Shown: one piece after another, positions 10,202 through 20,493 of the stretch
Numbering within the stretch: position 1 is the stretch's first letter
How the letters are laid out: every line of letters starts with the position of its first letter
From: an uncultured Cytophagales bacterium
Lineage (GTDB): Bacteria > Bacteroidota > Bacteroidia > Cytophagales > JAAEPT01
DNA length: 64,000 nt
Assembly: GCA_964511645.1 (NCBI GenBank)
Contig: CAZEGV010000001.1
Span: 11,343-75,342, forward strand
Direction of reading: 5' to 3'
The notes under the pieces: generated by a model
Seen by the model: only the letters and a program-made list of their open reading frames with translations
The model's database searches: none
Told to the model about the DNA's origin: nothing
Made by a program: the position numbers and the translations under genes

Positions 10202-10857
10202 ATGATTTTATAGCCTGCCATTATGACTCCTTTTACCGTTCCCGATACTTTGGATTGCCCAATTCTGGGTCTGTACCGAACAGGGACTTCTGTTACTTTA
10301 AAGTTATGTTTGAGGGCTTTAATTTGCATCTCTACCGTCCATCCATAGTTTTCATCTATCATTTTCAATTCATTCAGAACAGGTAACTTTATGACCCTAA
10401 AAGGTCCTAAATCAGTATACTGAAATTTGTAAAACATCTTTATCAAACGAGTTGCCAACCAATTACCAAAAATTTGTGGTACTGTCATACTTCCTTTTTT
10501 TCGCTCTCCTAATGTCCTACTTCCAATAACCATATCATAGTTAGGTAGTTTGCTTAGCAAAAGTTCCATGTCTTGTGGGTAATCTGAGTAATCACCGTCT
10601 AAAAACACAACAATGTCTGTTTGAGGATAGTTTTGATTGATATAGCCAATCCCTTTAAGGCAAGCTTTACCATAGCCTCCTTTAGGCTCGTCAAGTACAG
10701 TTGCTCCTGCAAGAGTTGCTACCTCTACTGTATTATCCGTAGAGCCATTATTGACTACAATTATTTCCTCCACTCCCTCAATGTCTTTTAGCACCTTTGC
10801 TATGGATTGTTCCTCGTCTAACACGGGAATAATTACCCTGACTTCTACTTCTCTCAC
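10174..10857 (-). CDS. Glycosyltransferase family 2
   Basis: IIPVLDEE, VNNGSTD, FLDGDYSD motifs. Confidence 0.9.
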   Translation of the reverse strand: MREVEVRVIIPVLDEEQSIAKVLKDIEGVEEIIVVNNGSTDNTVEVATLAGATVLDEPKGGYGKACLKGIGYINQNYPQTDIVVFLDGDYSDYPQDMELLLSKLPNYDMVIGSRTLGERKKGSMTVPQIFGNWLATRLIKMFYKFQYTDLGPFRVIKLPVLNELKMIDENYGWTVEMQIKALKHNFKVTEVPVRYRPRIGQSKVSGTVKGVIMAGYKIIWTIFKYLK

Positions 10858-10862
10858 GGATA

Positions 10863-10870
10863 CAAAAATA
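10863..10870 (-). promoter_or_regulatory. Bacteroidota -7 promoter element (TAnnTTTG)
   Basis: TATTTTTG on the minus strand, 5 nt before the GTG start at 10857. Confidence 0.45.
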
Positions 10871-10953
10871 CATTTTTATACATTGAAAACAATGTCGCAA
10901 GTAAGACAATTTAGTTTGAGTAAATTAAAAAAATATGATTAACGCTTTAGCAA

Positions 10954-11048
10954 GACTTAGGGATTTTCCAGTAGTCGGATTTTGTTATGGTTTATCTAAA
11001 ATTATTTTTGATGAAAAATCGGGAAAATTGAGTAGCGGAAGCCCGACC
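10954..11048 (+). repeat. Structured intergenic repeat copy E3 (degenerate, no recognisable 3' end)
   Basis: GACTTAGGGAT...GAGTAGCGGAAGCCCGACC; antisense to both flanking genes. Confidence 0.7.
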
Positions 11049-11140
11049 AAGAGACTTTACTAAAATTGGATTATACCGTATTAACTATAATATAGTATTA
11101 TATAGAAAAGATTTCACCGATTGAGAAAACCCAAACCTTA

Positions 11141-11677
11141 TCATTTTTGAAAAATAATTATTTCTCCTGTTTCTACTTCGTTGCTCTTATTATGAGCCCT
11201 ATCTATAACTGAAACCACATATTTAATAGTGTCATTATAAAAATATTTGGTGTTAGGTTCTTCAATCGGTGGAATATCGGCATGAGAGAGAGAGGTATTA
11301 AAAACTAGCTCTCCGTCAATAGGTCCTTGATAATCTACTGTGGGAGCTAGTGGCTCAAAACGTCCAAACAGTGTATCTAAGGGTTCAAAAATTCCGTTTA
11401 CTTTTTTGAATACTTTGTAATGATAGTTATTTTTGAATTCGTCATCTTCTTGAATAGACTGGTTAATATCCATCCCTAAGTCTCCATCTCCATCTTCAAA
11501 TTGTACTGCAATCCTAATTACATCTATATTTGATTGCAGTGTATCATCAAATTCGATAGTTTTGCTTATCGAAACAAAAGTGATTTTGGGTTCTAAATCA
11601 TAACCTGGATCTTTTTTGCAAGATATGGCTGTAACTAACAAAATTAATAATCCAATAAGTCTTATACTTCTAAGCAT
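11141..11677 (-). CDS. Hypothetical lipoprotein
   Basis: Lipobox TAISC; F.DGDGDLG motif typical of Bacteroidota lipoproteins. Confidence 0.75.
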   Translation of the reverse strand: MLRSIRLIGLLILLVTAISCKKDPGYDLEPKITFVSISKTIEFDDTLQSNIDVIRIAVQFEDGDGDLGMDINQSIQEDDEFKNNYHYKVFKKVNGIFEPLDTLFGRFEPLAPTVDYQGPIDGELVFNTSLSHADIPPIEEPNTKYFYNDTIKYVVSVIDRAHNKSNEVETGEIIIFQK

Positions 11678-11686
11678 TCTATTTAT

Positions 11687-12670
11687 ATGTCTTTCGTAAG
11701 CGAATTTAAGTCTAAATTAAGCAATATACAAGCTTCTTCCTTTAACGGTTTGGCGATGGACTTATTTCGTCATCAGGCAAAAAGTATTCCTGTGTATAGG
11801 GATTTCTTAAGTTACTTAAGAATAGATAATAAAAAAATCAATTCGATTGAGGAGATTCCTTTTATGCCTATCTCTTTTTTTAAGACTCATAAAGTCTATA
11901 ATGGATCAGCTGATTCTTACTATAGTAGTAGTGGTACTACTGGAGAAGTCACGAGTAAGCATTATTATAATGATGAATCGTTTTACCTAAAACACGCCCA
12001 ACAATTATTTGAACAGTCGTACCAAGTCAACTTAAAGGATTGTGTGATTTTGGCTCTTCTCCCCTCTTATTTAGAACGAAAAGGTTCTTCTCTCGTTTCT
12101 ATGTGTCAGCATTTTATTAATGAGTCAGGTAATGATTTATCAAACTTTTATTTGTACAATCACGAAGAGTTACACCAAACCATTTTATCTCTAAAAGCTT
12201 CAAATAAAAAGGTATTCTTAATAGGTGTCACTTTTGGTTTATTGGATTTCGCTGAAAAATTTAGTTTTACGGGTATTCCAATTACCGTTATAGAGACTGG
12301 AGGCATGAAGGGAAAACGAAAAGAAATCATCAGAGAAGAGGTTCATCAGGTGCTATGTAATAAACTTGGTGTTTCGTTAATCCATTCAGAATATGGGATG
12401 ACTGAATTACTTTCTCAATCTTACTCTAAAGGTAATGGGATTTTTAAACCTTCATCCAGTATGAAGGTTTTGATAAGGGACTTAAATGATCCATTGTCAA
12501 ATCACTTACAAGGGAGGGGTTGCTTAAATATTGTTGATCTTGCTAATATCGAAAGTTGTGCTTTTATCGCTACGCAAGATTTGGGTAAAGTGTATAAAAA
12601 CGGGTATTTTGAAGTAAATGGACGGATTGATAATAGTGATATAAGAGGCTGTAATTTGATGATCACTTAA
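11687..12670 (+). CDS. LuxE-like acyl-protein synthetase / acyltransferase
   Basis: SSSGTTG AMP-binding loop, ETGGMKG, HSEYGMTELLSQ, RGCNL C-terminus. Confidence 0.85.
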   Translation: MSFVSEFKSKLSNIQASSFNGLAMDLFRHQAKSIPVYRDFLSYLRIDNKKINSIEEIPFMPISFFKTHKVYNGSADSYYSSSGTTGEVTSKHYYNDESFYLKHAQQLFEQSYQVNLKDCVILALLPSYLERKGSSLVSMCQHFINESGNDLSNFYLYNHEELHQTILSLKASNKKVFLIGVTFGLLDFAEKFSFTGIPITVIETGGMKGKRKEIIREEVHQVLCNKLGVSLIHSEYGMTELLSQSYSKGNGIFKPSSSMKVLIRDLNDPLSNHLQGRGCLNIVDLANIESCAFIATQDLGKVYKNGYFEVNGRIDNSDIRGCNLMIT

Positions 12671-13001
12671 ATTCTGAGTAAGCTGTATCAGCTTCTACTT
12701 TTACTCTCTTCCAAAATTCATAATAATATTTTTCGTCTTGCTGAAGTCTAACATAAGAAGTGTCAAAGTCAGCAAAACTAACTTTATTTTTTTTCAATAC
12801 TTCTGGTTTCACTACCGAATAATAATAAATTTGAATAGAATCCCCTGGTACACCTTTATAGTTAAGACTTCGTTTCTCAGTCATGAGTTCACAAATGATT
12901 TTTGCCATTTTATCTTCTCCTATGGGTAAATCAAGCTCTTTTCTACTCATACAGCTTTGAGAAATAAAAAAACCCATTATGATTGCTAGTACCTGTTTCA
13001 T
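12663..13001 (-). CDS. Small lipoprotein (DUF4296-like)
   Basis: Lipobox ISQSC; F..S...Y pattern. Confidence 0.6.
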   Translation of the reverse strand: MKQVLAIIMGFFISQSCMSRKELDLPIGEDKMAKIICELMTEKRSLNYKGVPGDSIQIYYYSVVKPEVLKKNKVSFADFDTSYVRLQQDEKYYYEFWKRVKVEADTAYSEFK

Positions 13002-13025
13002 TATCTATTAGTAAAAGAAGTTTTA

Positions 13026-13033
13026 TATATTTG
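13026..13033 (+). promoter_or_regulatory. Bacteroidota -7 promoter element
   Basis: TATATTTG upstream of the yggS operon. Confidence 0.5.
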
Positions 13034-13108
13034 CGTACAAAGTAAGGATAAAGTCTGCAAGAACATAAATTATTTGAGAGAACCTCATTGAATAACAAAC
13101 AAAATTAG

Positions 13109-13786
13109 ATGAATAGTATTAGTCAAAATCTAGAAAATATTTTAACACAAACTAAAGATTATAAATTCACTTTGGTTGCAGTATCCAAGACAAAACCTAA
13201 TGAGGCTATTGTAGAAGCTTATGAAGCTGGGCAGCGGGTGTTTGGTGAGAATAAAGTACAAGAACTTTGCAAAAAGCAAGAAACACTGCCAAAGGACATA
13301 AAATGGCACATGATTGGACATCTGCAAAGTAACAAGGTTAAGTATATTGCCTCTTTTGTGTCATTGATACATGCTGTAGATAGTGAAAGATTATTAAAGG
13401 AAATCAATAAACAAGCTCTTAAAAAGAATAGAATAATTAATTGTCTATTACAAGTACACATAGCCCAAGAAGAGCATAAATTTGGGTTTCCTAAAAAAGA
13501 AATCATAGAATTGTTAAATAATAATTTTGAAAAAAAATACTCAAACATCAAAATAAAAGGACTTATGGGAATGGCTTCTCATACTGACGATATCAATGAA
13601 ATTAAAAGCGAGTTTTTGACAATAAAAGAGTTATTTGATGAGATAAAGAAATTAAAAACATCATCAAATATCGAAATAGAGGATCTATCTATCGGAATGA
13701 GTGGGGATTATCAAATAGCTTTAGAAACTGGTAGTACAATGATTAGAGTAGGAAGTGCTATATTTGGAAAAAGGAACCATAACTAG
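13109..13786 (+). CDS. yggS: PLP homeostasis protein (YggS family)
   Basis: LVAVSKTKP, FGENKVQE, WHMIGHLQSNK, SIGMSGDY, IRVGSAIFG. Confidence 0.95.
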   Translation: MNSISQNLENILTQTKDYKFTLVAVSKTKPNEAIVEAYEAGQRVFGENKVQELCKKQETLPKDIKWHMIGHLQSNKVKYIASFVSLIHAVDSERLLKEINKQALKKNRIINCLLQVHIAQEEHKFGFPKKEIIELLNNNFEKKYSNIKIKGLMGMASHTDDINEIKSEFLTIKELFDEIKKLKTSSNIEIEDLSIGMSGDYQIALETGSTMIRVGSAIFGKRNHN

Positions 13787-13792
13787 ACTACA

Positions 13793-14179
13793 ATGGGAAA
13801 TTATCAATTAGGAAGGATTATCGCATTTATCGCTTCTGTAAGCGGTGCAATTGCTGTGGCTTTAGGAGCGTTTGGTGCTCACAAGCTTAAAGATTTTTTG
13901 TTAGAGACTAAACGTCTAGAAGTGTTTGAAACTGCGGTAAAGTATCATTTCATCCATACTTTATTATTACTCTTTATCGGGTTTTTACTTAGCAATGTAA
14001 AAAGCAACACCTTACAGTATGCTAGCTATGTTGCCATCGCTGGTATAGTTATATTTTCGGGTTCGTTGTATTTGTTATGCCTCACTCAAACTCCTAAACT
14101 AGGTGCAATCACCCCTATTGGCGGATTATTACTTATTGCAGCGTGGGTGTTATTGGGAGTATATGCGATTAAGGGGTAA
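13793..14179 (+). CDS. DUF423 family membrane protein
   Basis: AVALGAFGAH, IFSGSLY, LGAITPIGG. Confidence 0.9.
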   Translation: MGNYQLGRIIAFIASVSGAIAVALGAFGAHKLKDFLLETKRLEVFETAVKYHFIHTLLLLFIGFLLSNVKSNTLQYASYVAIAGIVIFSGSLYLLCLTQTPKLGAITPIGGLLLIAAWVLLGVYAIKG

Positions 14180-14640
14180 TGCATTCAGAAAGAATCATTA
14201 CACAATATGGTAATAAGGTACGAGTAAGAACTTGCGGGGTTCTTATCCGAAATAGTAAAATCCTTTTACTCAATCATAATGGAATTAATGATGAAAATAT
14301 ATTTTGGTCATTTCCAGGTGGTGGTGTGAATTTTGGGGAAAGCCTAGAAAAATGTCTTATACGAGAATGTGAAGAGGAGTGTAATATAAGTATAGAGGTT
14401 AAAAACTTCATCTACCTTGATGAGTATATTAATAAAAATTTTCACGCTATTGAGCTACTGTACCTTGTCAGTAGTAATGATACACCTAGCTTAGGAAAAG
14501 ATCCAGAATTAGAAAATAGTTTTCATGGAATCAAATGGTTTAGTTTGGATGAAATAATACAGGTATCAGAATGTCAAAAACATAGTTTTTTAAGTAAAAA
14601 CATTCATCTAATCGATAATCTTATGCAAAAGTGTAATTAA
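14179..14640 (+). CDS. NUDIX hydrolase
   Basis: PGGGVNFGESLEKCLIRECEEE Nudix box. Confidence 0.9.
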   Translation: MHSERIITQYGNKVRVRTCGVLIRNSKILLLNHNGINDENIFWSFPGGGVNFGESLEKCLIRECEEECNISIEVKNFIYLDEYINKNFHAIELLYLVSSNDTPSLGKDPELENSFHGIKWFSLDEIIQVSECQKHSFLSKNIHLIDNLMQKCN

Positions 14641-14656
14641 TTCTTATTTTTATAAA

Positions 14657-15232
14657 ATGAAATTAAAACATATCATCATTATCATCTCAGTAGTACTTGG
14701 CACTATAGCTTGCTTTTGGGGATACAAACTATACGAAAGCATAGGCTCTCGTGTACAGGAAATCAAATACATAGAAGAAACTGAGGAAAAAATAAAAACT
14801 CAACTTGTACTTCTTAAAGACTTACAAACAGCATACAGAAATGAGAAAAAACATTATGCAGAAAATTGGGGAAATTTAAGTAAATTCATTCAATCGGACA
14901 GTATTTACACCATAGATAAGCATGAGCATATCATCAACCTATACCCTGGAAAAGACTCTAGCTATTACACTTATGACACTATTCATATTACTTCCGTTAA
15001 GGACTCTATTTTCAATAAAAATACACTTAAACTAAACATTAAAAACTACACCAAACTGCCTCACAAAGCTAATATGAACTATAAAATAACTTTAGGACGT
15101 GTAGATGGAGTAGCAGTGTTCGAGATAAAAAACACTAAACCTGTTCATCCTAAGCGTGAGCTAGGTATTTACGATACATTACGAATAGGCTCGCTAAGAC
15201 GGGTAACAGAGGAAGGAAACTGGGAGAAATAA
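14657..15232 (+). CDS. Conserved hypothetical membrane-anchored protein
   Basis: N-terminal TM helix; operon context. Confidence 0.65.
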   Translation: MKLKHIIIIISVVLGTIACFWGYKLYESIGSRVQEIKYIEETEEKIKTQLVLLKDLQTAYRNEKKHYAENWGNLSKFIQSDSIYTIDKHEHIINLYPGKDSSYYTYDTIHITSVKDSIFNKNTLKLNIKNYTKLPHKANMNYKITLGRVDGVAVFEIKNTKPVHPKRELGIYDTLRIGSLRRVTEEGNWEK

Positions 15233-16072
15233 ATGCCGGCACATACAAACGATATTAGAATTCAAGACAATCTGTTTAATGCAGAAAAAATAGGTGATTA
15301 CTATCTCAACCTTTGTCATTCTGGCAATACCCTCACACATGCCGTTTATGAACCTATCAGTAACAAATACCTATCTCTTGAGCACCACATCGTCAAAACG
15401 TCTATCACTGACTTGCTAGAGGGTCATTCCTACTTGTCAGGACGGTTTTGGAAAAAAATAAACCTGAGCTTTGTTTCTTCTTCCTTTTCTTTAATTCCAT
15501 CTACACTGTTTGATGTAGGGCAAGTCAATAACTATGTACAACTGAACCATGGAGTGAGCAAAGACGAAAACTGTACTTATGATATACATAAAAGCTTAGG
15601 AATCACCAATTGCTACGCTTATTCTAACAATGTAATTAATGAATTTAAGCAATTTTATGCTAAAGAAATTAATATAAGTCACCATACTACTGCTTTTTTG
15701 AAATCAATCTCTCCACAGTCTAACCAGCCTGAAGCTCACATCTTATTTTTACACAAAAGTATAACGCTAGCATTATACAGTCAAGATAAGCTTACTTACC
15801 TCAATGTATTTGAAGCTAGAACTCCAGAAGACAGTCTTTTTTATACTTTAATGGCATTCAAAAAACTGAAATTACCGCAAAATACACCTACATATCTATA
15901 CGGAGACATTAGTGTGTTCTCTAGCGAATATAATAGGTTTAAAGACTTTTTGTCTGTTATCAATTTTGCACCTCGTACTACTAAGTATAAATTTAGCTTA
16001 GCTTTTAGCGAACTAGACGATCACTCTTTTGCACATATTTATCAAATCCAAAACAGTACACGAAATGAGTAA
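15233..16072 (+). CDS. DUF3822 family protein
   Basis: FSLIPS.LF, YLNVFE..TPED..FY patterns; upstream of coaD. Confidence 0.7.
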   Translation: MPAHTNDIRIQDNLFNAEKIGDYYLNLCHSGNTLTHAVYEPISNKYLSLEHHIVKTSITDLLEGHSYLSGRFWKKINLSFVSSSFSLIPSTLFDVGQVNNYVQLNHGVSKDENCTYDIHKSLGITNCYAYSNNVINEFKQFYAKEINISHHTTAFLKSISPQSNQPEAHILFLHKSITLALYSQDKLTYLNVFEARTPEDSLFYTLMAFKKLKLPQNTPTYLYGDISVFSSEYNRFKDFLSVINFAPRTTKYKFSLAFSELDDHSFAHIYQIQNSTRNE

Positions 16073-16517
16073 AATAGCTATTTTCCCTGGTTCTTTTGAC
16101 CCTTTCACCAAAGGTCATGAAGACATTGTGCGTAGAGGCATTTCTTTATTTGACAAAATAATCATTGCAGTTGGTAATAATGGTAATAAAAAAAGACATT
16201 TTGAAATCAACTTGATGATTTCAAAAATTAAAGAAGCATTTCCTAATGCTGACAAAGTAGAAGTAGTATCCTACTCAGGACTTACAGCTAAGTATGCCGA
16301 AGAAATTGGTGCTAATTATATTCTTAGAGGGATTAGAAACACCACGGATTATGAGTATGAAAATACTATCTCTCAGGCAAACAAACAACTTAATCCTAAG
16401 CTAGAAACGTTCTTTTTAATTACCTCTCCTCAATACGCACATATCAGTTCTACCCTAACGAGAGAGCTGTACAAGTTTGGAGAAGATATTTCTGCCTATA
16501 TTCCTTATCAACTATAA
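16065..16517 (+). CDS. coaD: Phosphopantetheine adenylyltransferase
   Basis: AIFPGSFDPFTKGH, LRGIRN..DYEYE, ISST; start moved to the ATG at 16065. Confidence 0.95.
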   Translation: MSKIAIFPGSFDPFTKGHEDIVRRGISLFDKIIIAVGNNGNKKRHFEINLMISKIKEAFPNADKVEVVSYSGLTAKYAEEIGANYILRGIRNTTDYEYENTISQANKQLNPKLETFFLITSPQYAHISSTLTRELYKFGEDISAYIPYQL

Positions 16518-16529
16518 TTACAGTAAGGA

Positions 16530-17642
16530 GTGTTAAAAAACTTCTATACAAAACTATTTTCTAACCATAACTCTGAGCGAATTTATGGCTTAGATATCAT
16601 GAGAGCTGTAGCCATTTTACTTGTTATATGTTCACATAGTCGATTTTTACTTTTCCCTATATCTAACAAGTTTGATATAATGAAAAGTTGGGGTTTTTAT
16701 GGTGTAGAAATTTTCTTTGTACTCAGTGGATATTTAATCGGTGGAATCCTCATCAAGCAATCTCAAAATGGTTTTTCTTTTAAAAAACTAAAAACATTCT
16801 GGGTCAGACGATGGTTCAGGACAATGCCTAACTATTATTTGGTATTATTGTTTAACCTTATTATCATTTTTGTTTTAAAACAGCAGAGCGAGTTCAATTG
16901 GCATTTTTTAAGTTTCACCCAAAACTTATTCAACCCTCACCCCAACTTTTACTCAGAAGCATGGAGTCTCACAATAGAAGAATGGTTTTATATTATTCTT
17001 CCATTCCTACTTGTACTTATCTTCAAAGTAATTAAAAGCACAAAAAGAGCAATCTTACTAAGTATTACTATTGTCTTTCTTTTCTCTTTTATAATGAGGG
17101 TAAATGCTGTTTACACAAGCGAATTGAGTTGGGATGAATCTTTACGAAAAATCGTTATTTATCGATTAGACAGTATTTTAATAGGGGTATTTTCCGTTTG
17201 GGTTCAATTTTATTATCCCTCACTATGGAAAAAAAAATACACCTCTCTAGCTATCGGTTTGGCACTTTTATGTGTAGCTATATTTTTATCCGAAACCCAG
17301 CTTTACAAACAGCCTCACGTTTTCACTAAAATCTTTACGTTTAGTTTCTTCAACTTTGGGACAGCCTTCTTATTGCCTTATTTCAGTAAAATCCGTCATT
17401 ACAAAACAAGACTAGGAGGTATAATCACACATATAAGTATTATCTCCTACTCTATTTACTTACTGCATTACTCAATTATATACCGTATACAGTGCAAGCT
17501 ATTCTACCCAGAGACTGGGTCAGAAGGCGTTATGGCATTTTCTGCTTTTATTCTACTTACGATTTTAATTTCAAGTATTAATTATAAAGTATTTGAGTTG
17601 CCGATGACTAGGTTGAGGGAACGGTTTAGTAAAAACGCGTAA
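16530..17642 (+). CDS. Acyltransferase-3 (OafA-like) membrane O-acyltransferase
   Basis: GLDIMRAVA, GVEIFFVLSGYLI, WSLTIEEWFY, ISYSIYLLH. Confidence 0.9.
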   Translation: MLKNFYTKLFSNHNSERIYGLDIMRAVAILLVICSHSRFLLFPISNKFDIMKSWGFYGVEIFFVLSGYLIGGILIKQSQNGFSFKKLKTFWVRRWFRTMPNYYLVLLFNLIIIFVLKQQSEFNWHFLSFTQNLFNPHPNFYSEAWSLTIEEWFYIILPFLLVLIFKVIKSTKRAILLSITIVFLFSFIMRVNAVYTSELSWDESLRKIVIYRLDSILIGVFSVWVQFYYPSLWKKKYTSLAIGLALLCVAIFLSETQLYKQPHVFTKIFTFSFFNFGTAFLLPYFSKIRHYKTRLGGIITHISIISYSIYLLHYSIIYRIQCKLFYPETGSEGVMAFSAFILLTILISSINYKVFELPMTRLRERFSKNA

Positions 17643-17648
17643 AAGAAT

Positions 17649-18920
17649 CTACCTCATTACTTCTCGCAAAACATCACTTATTTTTTTGTTGTAGGATTCA
17701 AATGAGAATCGTTTTACATTTTCGTAACCTCGTTGAATTAAATCTTGTCGTAAAATCGGATTTTGATATAGTTCAAGCATCTTCCTTCCTATCTCACCTA
17801 CATCAGTAGGTTCTACTAATAAAGCAGCGTCTCCACAAACTTCTGGCAAAGATGTTTTGTTAGAACAAATGACAGGCGTTCCCATTTTCATTGCCTCCAA
17901 AGGGGGTAGCCCAAACCCTTCCGAAAAAGATACAAACACAAATGACAAGCTACCTTTTAATAAAGATAACTTCTCTGTATTAGAGACATAACCTAAATAT
18001 TTAACACCCGAAATATCCCCTCTTTTTATTTCTTCAATTTTGTTATGCAATTCAATATCTACCTCACTTACCCCACCAGCGATCACTAAAGGGATGTCTA
18101 ATTGAGATTTTACTTCATTATAAGCCTCTATTAAGGTCAATATGTTTTTTCTCTCTTCAATAGCACCTACATATAGAAAATATTTTCCTTTTTGTAATTC
18201 AAACTTATTTAAGTCTCTAATTACATTGCTTTCATCTTGAACATACTGCTCTTCTTCTGGATATACTGGTATCGGTTGATGAGTAACAATAATATCTGCT
18301 TTGGTCTCAGGAAAAAATGACAAAAGTCTATTTTTAGAATATTCGGATACCGATAAAATAATATCTGAATTTTCCGTCATTCCTTTTACCATTTGCCGAA
18401 TCACCTTACCATAACCTGATAATGGACTTTCTTCCAAAGGAATCACATCATGGAGTGTCTGAATAAGTTTCGTACCTTTATCCACCCTAAGGTTACTCGG
18501 TATTGATGTTATCATTACATCAAATCCTTTTGTAGGAATCCTAAATCTAGCTTTGATGAATTTATTCCAAAAATATTCTATATCAAACACTAACGTAGCA
18601 TTCACAAACCCTTTTACATATTTCAAAAATGGGGCTTCTTCTGTTTTTTTTTGTTTATTTAGAACTACTTTTTTGAAAAACCTATTCGCAATTAAAGTCT
18701 TTCTAACTAAAAAAAGAAGCTTATTTTTAGTGGTATATTTATTATTTTTACCAAAGCTAATTTTACTAATGATATCTGTCTCTCTACTACTTTCACAACT
18801 CGTTAACAAGTGATTCTCACAACCATTATCATATAATGATTTCAACAATGACTTTGAATAAAATCCAATTCCTCGTTTATGTTTCAACTCTAAATCAGCA
18901 CTAGAAAACAATACTTTCAT
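17649..18920 (-). CDS. Glycosyltransferase family 4
   Basis: [20 protein letters not shown]. Confidence 0.9.
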   Translation of the reverse strand: MKVLFSSADLELKHKRGIGFYSKSLLKSLYDNGCENHLLTSCESSRETDIISKISFGKNNKYTTKNKLLFLVRKTLIANRFFKKVVLNKQKKTEEAPFLKYVKGFVNATLVFDIEYFWNKFIKARFRIPTKGFDVMITSIPSNLRVDKGTKLIQTLHDVIPLEESPLSGYGKVIRQMVKGMTENSDIILSVSEYSKNRLLSFFPETKADIIVTHQPIPVYPEEEQYVQDESNVIRDLNKFELQKGKYFLYVGAIEERKNILTLIEAYNEVKSQLDIPLVIAGGVSEVDIELHNKIEEIKRGDISGVKYLGYVSNTEKLSLLKGSLSFVFVSFSEGFGLPPLEAMKMGTPVICSNKTSLPEVCGDAALLVEPTDVGEIGRKMLELYQNPILRQDLIQRGYENVKRFSFESYNKKISDVLREVMR

Positions 18921-18926
18921 AAAAAA

Positions 18927-19697
18927 TCAATTTTGATAAACCCTGTTTTTTTGTTCTTCCATTTTACGAAGATACTTCTCTGCAATATCCTTAACATTTC
19001 CAATTTCAATTAGTTTCCCTTTATCAAGAATTGCCGCTCTTTGACAGATATTAAGCATTTCTTGAGGATTTTGAGTCACCATTAAAACAGTTTTGTTTTG
19101 AGCAATAATTTCACTTATTCTATCCCTACATTTTTCTTGAAAAGCCAAATCACCTACCGCTAAAGCTTCATCTACAATCAGTATATCTGGCACTTCTGCT
19201 ATTGCTGTAGAAAAACCTAATCGAGAAACCATTCCTGAAGAGTATTTTTTAACTTGCATATTTAAATCCAAATCACTCAATTCTGAAAAATCTCTTATTT
19301 TACTTATCAAAGACTCTGTTTTATCTGCCGAATACCTCAACAAAGTACAACACAACCTAATATTCTCATAGCCTGTAAGTTCGGGCTCTACACCTACTCC
19401 TATTCCTAAAACTGGTGCCATCTTACCTTCTACCCTCAAAGAACCTTTAGACGGTTCTATGATTCCTGAAATAGTACGCATAAATGTACTTTTACCTGAA
19501 CCATTGGTCCCGAGTACACCAAAACACTCTCCCTTCTTAATTTGAAGCGTTATACCTTTCAATACCTCTTTTCGTTGAAACAAAGGCTCTCTTCCTAAAG
19601 AAAACAAATACTGTCTAAAAGACAACATACTACTACTTGGTATTAAATAGTCTACATATATGTCTTGTGCGTCTATCGCAAACTCTGACTGTCCCAT
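18927..19697 (-). CDS. wzt: Polysaccharide ABC exporter ATPase
   Basis: GTNGSGKS Walker A, YSSGM..RLGF signature, ILIVDE Walker B; no C-terminal substrate-binding domain. Confidence 0.85.
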   Translation of the reverse strand: MGQSEFAIDAQDIYVDYLIPSSSMLSFRQYLFSLGREPLFQRKEVLKGITLQIKKGECFGVLGTNGSGKSTFMRTISGIIEPSKGSLRVEGKMAPVLGIGVGVEPELTGYENIRLCCTLLRYSADKTESLISKIRDFSELSDLDLNMQVKKYSSGMVSRLGFSTAIAEVPDILIVDEALAVGDLAFQEKCRDRISEIIAQNKTVLMVTQNPQEMLNICQRAAILDKGKLIEIGNVKDIAEKYLRKMEEQKNRVYQN

Positions 19698-19703
19698 TTT
19701 AAT

Positions 19704-20465
19704 TTATAAATTAGAAATAAACCCTCTTTTCAAACGATTGTACACAAATGACCCAAACAACACTGATACTAATGCCAATACTAACATAATTAATACATTT
19801 TGACCACTAGGTAGCCTATTGAAGTACAAGACATCCCTAATCGACTCCATATAATAATACAACGGGTTTAATTTAAAAATCCATCGATATTGTTCTGGAA
19901 CAAAATCAATTGTATAAGCTACAGGAGTTATATAAAACAAAGCTGGTCCCATCGCATTCCAAAGAAACATTACATCTCTAAAAAACACATTTAAAGAACT
20001 CATCGCTAAAGCGAATCCAAATATAAAAAATGAAAAAATAATACTTACAGGAATAATTAATAAATTATGAAAAGAGAATTCAGCACCCGTAAAGAACATT
20101 AAAATCACAAAAGGAATCAATGACAAATACAAATTAACAAACCCCGCTACAAGTGTACCCATTGGAAAATAAACTGGAGGAACTGCCATCGCCTTGAGTA
20201 ACTGTGCACTTTCTATAACAGAAGTCAAAATTTGGGAGGTAGTTGTATTAAAGAAAATCCAAAACAACATCCCACTCAATGCGTAAACTGGATAATTTTC
20301 AACATCGCCAACTATTGTACTAAATATAAAAGTAAATATTACTACATAAATAATAGGATGTAACAATGTCCATACATAACCTAATATCGAATTTTTATAC
20401 CTTATTCTAAGAAATTTAAGACCTAGTTGATAAATCAATCTATAGTCTTTTAATAATTGTTCCAT
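19704..20465 (-). CDS. wzm: Polysaccharide ABC exporter permease
   Basis: RYKNSILGYVW.LLHP, FRD..FL, ITPVAY, LNPLYY. Confidence 0.85.
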   Translation of the reverse strand: MEQLLKDYRLIYQLGLKFLRIRYKNSILGYVWTLLHPIIYVVIFTFIFSTIVGDVENYPVYALSGMLFWIFFNTTTSQILTSVIESAQLLKAMAVPPVYFPMGTLVAGFVNLYLSLIPFVILMFFTGAEFSFHNLLIIPVSIIFSFFIFGFALAMSSLNVFFRDVMFLWNAMGPALFYITPVAYTIDFVPEQYRWIFKLNPLYYYMESIRDVLYFNRLPSGQNVLIMLVLALVSVLFGSFVYNRLKRGFISNL

Positions 20466-20493
20466 CCTTAAAGACGCTGTTTTTAATTCTTTG

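Noticed and set aside
11687-12670. Bioluminescence (lux) operon
   Set aside because: Only a lone LuxE-like gene is present, with no luxA/B/C/D; such genes are common stand-alone acyl-ligases in Bacteroidota.
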